Source: an uncultured Lachnospiraceae bacterium
GTDB taxonomy: Bacteria > Bacillota > Clostridia > Lachnospirales > Lachnospiraceae
Reading direction: 5' to 3'
DNA: 64,000 nucleotides
NCBI GenBank assembly: GCA_910585965.1
Contig: CAJUHH010000014.1
Span: 10,148-74,147 of the forward strand
Below the pieces are notes generated by a model, which saw nothing but the letters and a program-made list of their open reading frames with translations, did not search any database and was not told where the DNA came from. Shown one piece after another: positions 56,218 to 64,000 of the stretch. The position numbers and the translations under genes are program-made. The first letter of the stretch is position 1. Each line of letters begins with the position of its first letter.

Positions 56218-58530
56218 ATGTATAATTTTGATAATCTAAGTGATTTTGAATTTGAAATATTGTGTAAAGATATTATGCAGAAAAAATTGGGGATACAACT
56301 TTATATATTTCAAAAAGGCAGAGACGGTGGAATTGATATTACAGATAACCCTATAAAAAAGAACGTAATTATACAAGCAAAACATTATATCAATAGTGGT
56401 TATTCCAATTTACTATCCGCTATGAAGGCAGAAGTTGAAAAGGTTAAAAAATTGCAACCAAAAAAATATTATGTTTGTTGCGCCGTTAAATTGACTGCTA
56501 GTAATAAAGAACAAATTTATAGTTTGTTTTCAGAGTATATGGAAAGTGCTAATAATGTTTTATCACTTTTGGATATTAATGAGTTTTTGGAAAGCGCGGA
56601 TAATGTGGAAATTATCAGAAAGCATTATAAATTATGGCTGGAATCGGCAGATGTTTTAGGTGAAATTGCAAATCAAAGTGTTTTCATTGATTGTGAATCG
56701 CTTTTATATAAGATTGAGGAATGTAGAAAAGAGTTCGTGGCTACTGCTTGCTATTTTGAATGTTTAGATATATTAAATAGAGATAGGATGCTATTATTAC
56801 TTGGAATTCCAGGAGTTGGAAAAACAATGACTACAAAAATGCTTGCATTATATTATGCTTCAAAAGGCTATAGAATTAGATATACAACCAACGGGGAACT
56901 CAAAGACTTAAAGAATGCTCTTTCCGCACAAAAAGATGTGAAAGAAGTGCTTTTATTGAACGATTGTTTAGGGCAGCATTATTTCAAAATGAAAGATACA
57001 CAAGGGAATGAATTATTGGGATTAGTTAAATATATAGCGATGAATAAAAATAAGAAATTAATTATGAATTCCAGAGTCACTATTTTCCAGCAAGCGAAGG
57101 AAAGGTTTATAGAATTTCGTCAATTTGCTGAAGACGAGGAATTTCAGATAAGAATATTGGATATGAGTAAAATATCTATTCAAGATAAAGGGCGTATTTT
57201 CTATAACCAAATATATTTTAAGGAATTGCCGAAACCCTATTATCAGGATATTCAAAGAGAACGCAATTATAAAAAAATTGTTATGCATAAAAATTATACG
57301 CCTCGGATAATGGAATTTGTTACAAGAAAAGCTAATTATAAAGATATTAAACCTGAACAGTATTTTGAATTTATTATGGGATGTTTAAATAATCCTAAAG
57401 AAATTTGGAATGATGAATTTTTTGAAAAACTGCGTGCAGAGGACAGAATATTTATGACAACATTGTATTCTTTAACAGATACAAGTGTTGAGGAAGATGT
57501 AATAAAAAGAGCTTTTTTTTATAGAATAGGACATTCCCCAATGATAGATATTACCAGAAACATTTGGGAAGAAATTACGAGAAGGCTGGAAGAAGCTTTT
57601 ATTATGATTATTGAAAAAGGTGGAAGAAAAGAAATTGGAGTAATTAATCCTTCGGTTAATGATTTTTTGAAATCGTATTTGCAAAATAACATAATAGAAA
57701 CAGAGAATATAAAGCAATATGCGACTGAATATGCGCAAATAAAAAGAGGATTTGCTGATAGCATGGAAGTATTAATTAGAAATGGAAAGGCAGATGAGTT
57801 TAATTATTCCAACCAAACGGAAAGGTTATATGTTATTTTATCATATATCTGTAGATTGGGAATATTGAATAAAAATTATGAGTGTGCCATAGAATGTTTT
57901 TGTGGGCAGATGCCTTATGATTATTATGAAGGATTACTAGCCCGAAGTGAAATTATTGTTACTTTGCTTTCTTCACCATTCAGAACGTTTTATTGTATTG
58001 ATAATTATATAGAAGAAAGTAATCTGATAAGATTATTTGATAATATGGACTTGAACGAATTTGAAACACTGATTGTAACAGCAAACTCATTTTCGGTTGA
58101 TTGTTTTTATACAGATTATAAAGATATTTTTATTGAAGCAGTTAATACCAGTATTGTAGATTACATGGAAAATATTGATGCAGATGACTACTATTATGAA
58201 TACGATATTGATGATTTATTGAAAGAAAATATGAACTTTAACGGATATTATTCAGAAATAGATCAAGAGTCCGTGGTGGAAATTATCTGTGATTATATCA
58301 GAGAAGATGTCGAAGCAGAAGTATACGAAAAGGTAAAAGGAATGCCTGAAAATATTTTACAGCAAATTCGTATTAAGAGGGAGTATGTTTGTATAAACAA
58401 AGCAGATATAGAAAATTTTATTGAGGGTTATTACGAACCGTCAGAGCCGGATTTTGATTATGACGAATACGAGGGAGATTTTGAGGGTGGCAATAATGAA
58501 ATTGATATTTTGGATTGTATTTTTGGTTAA
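56218..58530 (+). CDS. Mrr-like restriction endonuclease-STAND (nSTAND3-like) NTPase fusion, candidate anti-phage protein
   Basis: DFEFE.LC.D..GRDGGIDI..IIQAKHY nuclease; GIPGVGKT Walker A, LLLNDCLG Walker B, IMNSR, NYTPRI, INPSVNDFL; acidic C-terminus; alternative start 56200. Confidence 0.82.
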   Translation: MYNFDNLSDFEFEILCKDIMQKKLGIQLYIFQKGRDGGIDITDNPIKKNVIIQAKHYINSGYSNLLSAMKAEVEKVKKLQPKKYYVCCAVKLTASNKEQIYSLFSEYMESANNVLSLLDINEFLESADNVEIIRKHYKLWLESADVLGEIANQSVFIDCESLLYKIEECRKEFVATACYFECLDILNRDRMLLLLGIPGVGKTMTTKMLALYYASKGYRIRYTTNGELKDLKNALSAQKDVKEVLLLNDCLGQHYFKMKDTQGNELLGLVKYIAMNKNKKLIMNSRVTIFQQAKERFIEFRQFAEDEEFQIRILDMSKISIQDKGRIFYNQIYFKELPKPYYQDIQRERNYKKIVMHKNYTPRIMEFVTRKANYKDIKPEQYFEFIMGCLNNPKEIWNDEFFEKLRAEDRIFMTTLYSLTDTSVEEDVIKRAFFYRIGHSPMIDITRNIWEEITRRLEEAFIMIIEKGGRKEIGVINPSVNDFLKSYLQNNIIETENIKQYATEYAQIKRGFADSMEVLIRNGKADEFNYSNQTERLYVILSYICRLGILNKNYECAIECFCGQMPYDYYEGLLARSEIIVTLLSSPFRTFYCIDNYIEESNLIRLFDNMDLNEFETLIVTANSFSVDCFYTDYKDIFIEAVNTSIVDYMENIDADDYYYEYDIDDLLKENMNFNGYYSEIDQESVVEIICDYIREDVEAEVYEKVKGMPENILQQIRIKREYVCINKADIENFIEGYYEPSEPDFDYDEYEGDFEGGNNEIDILDCIFG

Positions 58531-58592
58531 TCATAGTTTTGGGAAAAATCATAATAAAATAATGTATAATGTATATGAATAGAAACAGAGAA

Positions 58593-58612
58593 TTAGGTTG
58601 AATTCATCCTAA
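58593..58612. promoter_or_regulatory. Palindromic operator overlapping the phd-doc promoter
   Basis: ttaggttgaattcatcctaa near-palindrome containing a ttgaat -35. Confidence 0.55.
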
Positions 58613-58666
58613 ATTATAGTATATATTATAATTATAGCATAGGAAAAAAGAAAGGGAGCATATAAT

Positions 58667-58909
58667 ATGCATATTGATTTAAAGAATTTGGTATCTATTT
58701 CAGAAGCAAACCAGAATTTTTCTAAAGTAGCAAGGATGGTGGATGAGAATGGGGCGGCAGTAATACTAAAGAATAATACCCCAAGATATGTTTTGATTGA
58801 TTACAATAAATTGCAGGAGGATACGGAAACAGATCAGGAATCATTAGAGGATGTAGCTGCCCGGATATTGCAAAGGCATAGAAAGGCATTTGAGGAATTG
58901 GCGAAATGA
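58667..58909 (+). CDS. phd: Phd/YefM antitoxin
   Basis: VSISEANQNFSKV.R.VD..G..VILKNN.P. Confidence 0.9.
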   Translation: MHIDLKNLVSISEANQNFSKVARMVDENGAAVILKNNTPRYVLIDYNKLQEDTETDQESLEDVAARILQRHRKAFEELAK

Positions 58910-59283
58910 TTTTTTTGAATAAAGAACAAGTAAAGTATCTTCACAAAAAAATGATACAAGAAATCGGAGGAATTGAGGGAATACGTGATGAAGGACTGCT
59001 GGACTCTGCCTTATCCGTACCTTTTCAGTCTTTTGGGGGGATGGAACTATATCCTTCTATGATTGGAAAGGCAGCCAGATTGTGCTATGGATTAATAAAA
59101 AATCATGCGTTTCTTGATGGAAATAAGCGAATAGGCATTTATGCAATGCTGGTATTTTTGGAGTTAAATGGTATGGAGATAAAATGTAGTGATGAAGAGC
59201 TGATTGCTTTGGGGTTGGGAATTGCATCTGGAAGAAATGGGGAAAGAGATATTATTATTTGGATTATGACACATAGTAAATGA
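58906..59283 (+). CDS. doc: Doc (Fic-family) toxin
   Basis: GIRDEGLLDSAL, HAFLDGNKRIG; ATGA overlap with phd. Confidence 0.92.
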   Translation: MIFLNKEQVKYLHKKMIQEIGGIEGIRDEGLLDSALSVPFQSFGGMELYPSMIGKAARLCYGLIKNHAFLDGNKRIGIYAMLVFLELNGMEIKCSDEELIALGLGIASGRNGERDIIIWIMTHSK

Positions 59284-59305
59284 TATACTTAGTTTTAAAT
59301 ATTAG

Positions 59306-59423
59306 TATATTAATAGGGCTGTTTTCAAGTAAATGTGGTATATTATATGACAAAAGTTTATATCATGATGGATGAGATTTATGAATGTGGAGAGGAAAAG
59401 CTTTTTATATTGTTGGAATATCT
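59306..59423 (+). pseudogene. Collapsed remnant of a PIN-toxin cassette (promoter plus 64-bp coding fragment)
   Basis: 59306-59346 matches 63433-63473 (38/41) and 59360-59423 matches 63662-63725 (60/64). Confidence 0.85.
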
Positions 59424-59536
59424 CATTCACAGTATTAAGTGTATGGGATATTCTTGTGCAATAAAATGAAACAGAAAGAGCATAAAAAATTGGAACAATT
59501 TGCAGAATAAAAGATTTTCCATTGGAGAGAAATTTT

Positions 59537-62500
59537 ATGGGTAAAGAACGGGTTTATTCTTGTGCCGAAGACATTGCCATGCGGCTGAAAGAACATAGAA
59601 AATATGGAAAAGCATCACTAATGGTCGGTGCCGGATTTTCTAAAAACGCAAAAAGTAGGGGGATGAAGGATATTAAGCCGCCTGATTGGGGGGAACTTGC
59701 AGATAAAATGTATTGTGAATTATACCCCAAATTGCCTGACATGGATGAAAAGCAGAACAAGGAATGGGAAAAGAAACGTATCATAAAGACAACAGGAAAA
59801 AATGTCACAAAATTAGCGGAAGAATACATAGTAAATTTTGACAGGAACAAAATGAATCATCTAATAGAAAACACCATTGCAGATGATTTATTCATTCCTG
59901 GAGATGTGCATAAAAAATTGGTAAAGCAAAAGTGGGCAGATATATTCACAACAAATTATGATACGTTGTTGGAGCGGGCAGAAAATTTGATTTTTCGTGA
60001 AAAAAATTATCAGCTTGTATGTTCCCACCATGATATTGCAGGAAGTATAAGTCCGAGAATAGTAAAACTACATGGCAGTATTCCGCATGTCAAACCATAT
60101 ATCATATGTGAGGAAGATTATAGGACTTACCCGGTTGAATATGCAGCAATGGTAAATACTGTGCGGCAGGCAATGCTGGAAACACGATTATGTTTGATAG
60201 GATTTTCAGGCGATGATCCGAATTTTCAAAACTGGATGGGGTGGATCAGGGATAACATGAAAGGATGTTGTCCTATTATTTATCTTATTGGAATTTATGA
60301 TCAATTAAGTGAGCCTGAAAGGAAACTTTTGGAGAGCCGGCAAATTATAGTTGTTGACATATCTTGTCTGGTGGAAGAGGGAGAGGCAGACAGGCATGGC
60401 GTAGCTATTTCCAGATTTTTAGACTTATTAGAGAAGTATCAGGAAGAAAAGAATTTCTTCCAGGACAGGCCGTATCCAGAAGCGGATATATTTTGGAGGC
60501 CGGAGGATAAAGAAAAATATATTAAGAATATGGGAGAGTATTTAGGGCATGTAGCAAAACAAATACAGCCTTATATTTTATTGCCTGAAAACATAAGAGA
60601 AAAGAGTGGACAATATTTTATTGAACATTTGAGGGTATTAGTGCAAGGATGTAAAGAGCAGTTACCCATAATGGAAATTGCAGATATTATAAAAATTTTA
60701 CGGAAATGTTCTGTGGTTTTAGGAGAAGAAAATGCAGAAGGATTAGAAAAGATTTGCGAAAGCTATCAAGATGTTGCTGCCGTAGCAGATAATAAATTGG
60801 ATGCCTTGGTAGAAATCAATTTATACCTTGCTGAGATGTATCGGATAAATGGTCAAAAAACAGAGTATGAGAAAAAAATATCATTGCTTGAAACTCTTGT
60901 TAGCAGAGCAACGTGTCATAAAAATGAACTGCTGATAGAAAAAATTAAATATAAGATAGAATATTTTGAATACGAAGTGGCGAAGAAACTGGTGGAGGAA
61001 GTGGAAGAAAACAGTTTTGAATACAAGGTAAAAAAAGCCGGATTCTACAAGCAGCTATCGGAATATGAGCTTGCCGATCAGATATTAAGCAAGTGTTCAG
61101 CAGAGCTGGCACAAATGAAAATACCCAAAGATATTTATGCTTCCTATTTGGGGTATTTGAATTTGTGCCATCGTGCGGATCGATGGAGTATTGCTGATGA
61201 GTATTCAGATGCCGAATATTTGGAAAATCCATATAATACGCGCCAAATAATAATAAAGAAGAGAGAGGTTTTAAGCCGGACTTTCTTTAAAGATGATTAC
61301 AAGGAAAGCAGCAGAATATTGCCATTTAATCTGAATACAGGAAAAAGTATACTGATTACGCATTATAACGGAATCAAAGATGCCTGTGCAAGGAGTTTTA
61401 GTTATCTGATTACGCTTGATAAGTTATGTCTGCCTCTATTCAGTGATTGGGCGGATTTGCTGCCAAGAGTATTCAATGAGGTGATTGCTGTAAGCGGTTG
61501 TACATATTGGAGGCTGTCGTTGATAGCCCGAAGCAATAATGATAAGCTTATCAACCAGATATTTACGAGAGAAACAATGGAAGCTTCTTGCAGGGATGAC
61601 ATAGCCGGTTTGTTCCATTCGTTGGTAGCGTTAACAGAATTATATAAAGAGGATGATTATTTTCAAAAAAGATATTTTATATCTGTAAAAAATATTTTGG
61701 ACATATTATCAAGGATCGTAATTTTTCTGCCGGATGAAAATGTCATACAATATTTGAAAATATTAGGAAGAGCAAGCAGAAATAGTGACAGCCGTATAAA
61801 AAAGGATATCAATAATATTTTAGAACGTATTTCCACACGTTTTAATGGTGTCGTGGCGGCTTCCTGCCAAAATATAATATTTAAGGAATTTGGGGTTTCG
61901 TTCCATTTAGCGAGTTATTTTACTAGATTTTCGTTTGTTGTGGATGAGGGGAGTGTACGGGATTATTATCTTAGTGCAATTCAACTGGCGGGTAAAGAAG
62001 ACATAAAAGAGCGGGATTGTGGGATAGCACAGCTTTTGTTGTTGTGGAAAAATTATAAATTGGAAGACTTGAGGAAAAGAATAGAAGATGTTTTATGGGA
62101 TGGTGATGAATTGCCGTGTTCGGAGTTATATTATCCGTTTATATGGGAAGAATTGCCGCATCCTAATACTGCTAAATTTTCAGAATTGTATTATCAGTAT
62201 CTTTTCGAAGACAAGTATTTGACATCTGTAACCAATTTTGGCGTGATTAGAGCAAATTCTCTGGACAGTGTACACAATTATTTGTATTTTTTCTATTCAA
62301 CGTCAAGAATGTCAAAACGGAAGATTGAAAAGGTGGAGTTAGACGAAGAGCTGGCTATATTCATGCTGGATACAGCGTATAATTATATATTGCATGAAAA
62401 GAGCCTTTTGAAAGATTGTTTTGAAAAATATAGTGCAGAAAAGAAATTTGAATATATTGGGGAGTTGACTGCTCTGATTTATATTCAGGCCATTGACAGA

Positions 62501-63091
62501 GGATTTGCAACATCGGTAAATGGCAAAATTAATAAGATCTGGAGGATATTGGATGAAAACCAAATTGTGACGGATGTTATCCGTATGGTCAATGAAATTA
62601 ACAATGAGCAGTATCATTTGTGCATGGAGATTTTTGAGAACATTGTTTTATCCAGAAATAAGAAAAAATATTCCAGTGCATTTACAGGTATAAGGTGTTT
62701 GCTGTTCTGCTTGGAAAGCAAAGGGGAAAGGAATGCTGATATAGATAGTTCGTTTGAAAACTTTATGGGTTCTATAAGGTATTTGGATGTTGAATATGCA
62801 AAAACAATTTGGATTGAACTAACGTCTCTGATGATGCAGGATTATTTTTTAGATATAAGGCTACAAAAATATATTGCGTCTGCGGTCAGAAAATGCATGG
62901 AGCTTTATAAGGAACCAGCTGAAAAAGGGGAGAGATTTTACATGGATGGATTGTATAACTGTGTAAATGCACTGCATATTTATTATGGTTGTATATTAGA
63001 TTCACAGATAAAAATATCGCGGGAATTAGAAGATTGCGTTGCGGAGGCAAAAGTTATTGATAATTATGAAATCAGAAATATATGGGACTGA
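59537..63091 (+). CDS. Defence-associated sirtuin (Dsr1-like): N-terminal SIR2 domain plus long helical C-terminal region
   Basis: ASLMVGAGFSKNA, FTTNYDTLLERA, VKLHGS, EEDYRTYP, LCLIGFSGDDPNF..W.GWIRDN; about 1180 aa. Confidence 0.82.
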   Translation: MGKERVYSCAEDIAMRLKEHRKYGKASLMVGAGFSKNAKSRGMKDIKPPDWGELADKMYCELYPKLPDMDEKQNKEWEKKRIIKTTGKNVTKLAEEYIVNFDRNKMNHLIENTIADDLFIPGDVHKKLVKQKWADIFTTNYDTLLERAENLIFREKNYQLVCSHHDIAGSISPRIVKLHGSIPHVKPYIICEEDYRTYPVEYAAMVNTVRQAMLETRLCLIGFSGDDPNFQNWMGWIRDNMKGCCPIIYLIGIYDQLSEPERKLLESRQIIVVDISCLVEEGEADRHGVAISRFLDLLEKYQEEKNFFQDRPYPEADIFWRPEDKEKYIKNMGEYLGHVAKQIQPYILLPENIREKSGQYFIEHLRVLVQGCKEQLPIMEIADIIKILRKCSVVLGEENAEGLEKICESYQDVAAVADNKLDALVEINLYLAEMYRINGQKTEYEKKISLLETLVSRATCHKNELLIEKIKYKIEYFEYEVAKKLVEEVEENSFEYKVKKAGFYKQLSEYELADQILSKCSAELAQMKIPKDIYASYLGYLNLCHRADRWSIADEYSDAEYLENPYNTRQIIIKKREVLSRTFFKDDYKESSRILPFNLNTGKSILITHYNGIKDACARSFSYLITLDKLCLPLFSDWADLLPRVFNEVIAVSGCTYWRLSLIARSNNDKLINQIFTRETMEASCRDDIAGLFHSLVALTELYKEDDYFQKRYFISVKNILDILSRIVIFLPDENVIQYLKILGRASRNSDSRIKKDINNILERISTRFNGVVAASCQNIIFKEFGVSFHLASYFTRFSFVVDEGSVRDYYLSAIQLAGKEDIKERDCGIAQLLLLWKNYKLEDLRKRIEDVLWDGDELPCSELYYPFIWEELPHPNTAKFSELYYQYLFEDKYLTSVTNFGVIRANSLDSVHNYLYFFYSTSRMSKRKIEKVELDEELAIFMLDTAYNYILHEKSLLKDCFEKYSAEKKFEYIGELTALIYIQAIDRGFATSVNGKINKIWRILDENQIVTDVIRMVNEINNEQYHLCMEIFENIVLSRNKKKYSSAFTGIRCLLFCLESKGERNADIDSSFENFMGSIRYLDVEYAKTIWIELTSLMMQDYFLDIRLQKYIASAVRKCMELYKEPAEKGERFYMDGLYNCVNALHIYYGCILDSQIKISRELEDCVAEAKVIDNYEIRNIWD

Positions 63092-63119
63092 TGCTTTAAA
63101 TTTGCCCTATAAAACAAAA

Positions 63120-63413
63120 CGGAAGCCCCTAAAACCGCGCCATCCGCAGTCCTAAAGGCTTCCTTAGGGGAGGATAAGGGAAGTAGAAGAAACCTGATAA
63201 ACAGGGCATTTGCGCGTCCTCTGAAGGTGTTGGCAACACTTGGCAACAGATTTTTTTGTCGGTGTGGAAGAGGTTAAGTTTTGGATTTGTTTAGTAGAAA
63301 AAACTGAATATGGAGAAGGCGTGCCGGAGAAAGGAGAACGGATAAGTGATGCTTTGGCGGCATGTAAAAGGATATCCCATGTGTTGATTGGCAGTGCATG
63401 GGATATTTTATAA
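63120..63413 (+). repeat. ~300-bp non-coding direct repeat, copy 2
   Basis: Homologous to 55804-56113; lacks the 11-bp tatagtggact present in copy 1. Confidence 0.93.
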
Positions 63414-63525
63414 AATTGTGAATATATGTTGATATATTAATATAGCTGTTTTTAAGTAAATGTGGTATATTATGATAACAGAAATGTTTCCAAGGAGGCT
63501 ATACCTAAAAGATAGGAGAAAATGT

Positions 63526-64000
63526 ATGAGGAGACAGAAAATATATCTTGATACGTCTGTAATCAGTTATTTATATCAGGAAGATGCACCAGAAAAAATG
63601 AAGGATACTTTGAAATTGTGGGAGGCTATCAAAAGAGGCAGGTATGAGGTCTGCATTTCCAATATCGTGATGAATGAGATTTATGAATGTGGAGAGGAAA
63701 AGCTTTTCATATTATTGGAATATCTGAAGCAAATAGACTATAATATGGTTAAAGCGGATGAAGATACGATAAGGCTTGCCGGGAAGTTTATTGATTTTGG
63801 TATACTGCGACAGAAAAGTTTTGATGATTGCCAACATATTGCGGCGGCAATCCTTGCAGGATGTGACATTATTACCTCGTGGAATTTTAAACATATTGTA
63901 AATGTAAAGACGGCAAGGGGAGTGAAAACCATTACAACGTTGGAGGGGTATAAAGATATGCTGATATACCCGCCATCAGCATTGATTGAGGAGGACGAAG
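63526..64000 (+). CDS. PIN-domain (VapC-like) protein, runs off window end
   Basis: IYLDTSVIS, S.IV..EI, DDCQHIAAA, ITSWNFKHIVN; RBS taggag; not in the ORF track. Confidence 0.9.
   Translation, partial: MRRQKIYLDTSVISYLYQEDAPEKMKDTLKLWEAIKRGRYEVCISNIVMNEIYECGEEKLFILLEYLKQIDYNMVKADEDTIRLAGKFIDFGILRQKSFDDCQHIAAAILAGCDIITSWNFKHIVNVKTARGVKTITTLEGYKDMLIYPPSALIEEDE

Overview
64 kb of chromosome from a low-GC Gram-positive, spore-forming, probably motile anaerobe (Lachnospiraceae-like; inferred from SASP, YtvI, an MCP and gene order). Most genes are on the + strand. The core backbone comprises a RidA-PTS-aminotransferase operon, a maltodextrin ABC/malQ/LacI locus, tig-clpP-clpX-lon-yihA-ytvI-truA, an osmoprotectant ABC transporter and two-component/chemotaxis genes. 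It is interrupted by small accessory inserts: an AT-rich islet with a catalytically degenerate tyrosine-recombinase-like gene, an MNT-HEPN module flanked by an exact 64-bp duplication of the 3' end of a (p)ppGpp synthetase gene, a second MNT-HepT module, an exosortase K plus a VIT-vWA protein with a YSEP-CTERM-type tail, a 353-bp hairpin MITE with a 9-bp target duplication, and a J-domain/TPR-HscC chaperone pair. From about 52.6 kb to the end lies a mostly AT-rich defence hot spot. It contains a TGT-like zinc domain fused (apparently by deletion) to an aldo-keto reductase and coupled to a SIR2 gene, an Mrr-like nuclease-STAND NTPase, Phd-Doc, a Dsr1-like sirtuin and a PIN toxin. These are punctuated by a recurring ~300-bp non-coding repeat with att-like features and by deletion scars, which suggests serial cassette accretion; no integrase is visible there. 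No rRNA, tRNA or CRISPR array was recognised. All family calls rest on motifs read by eye, not on database searches.
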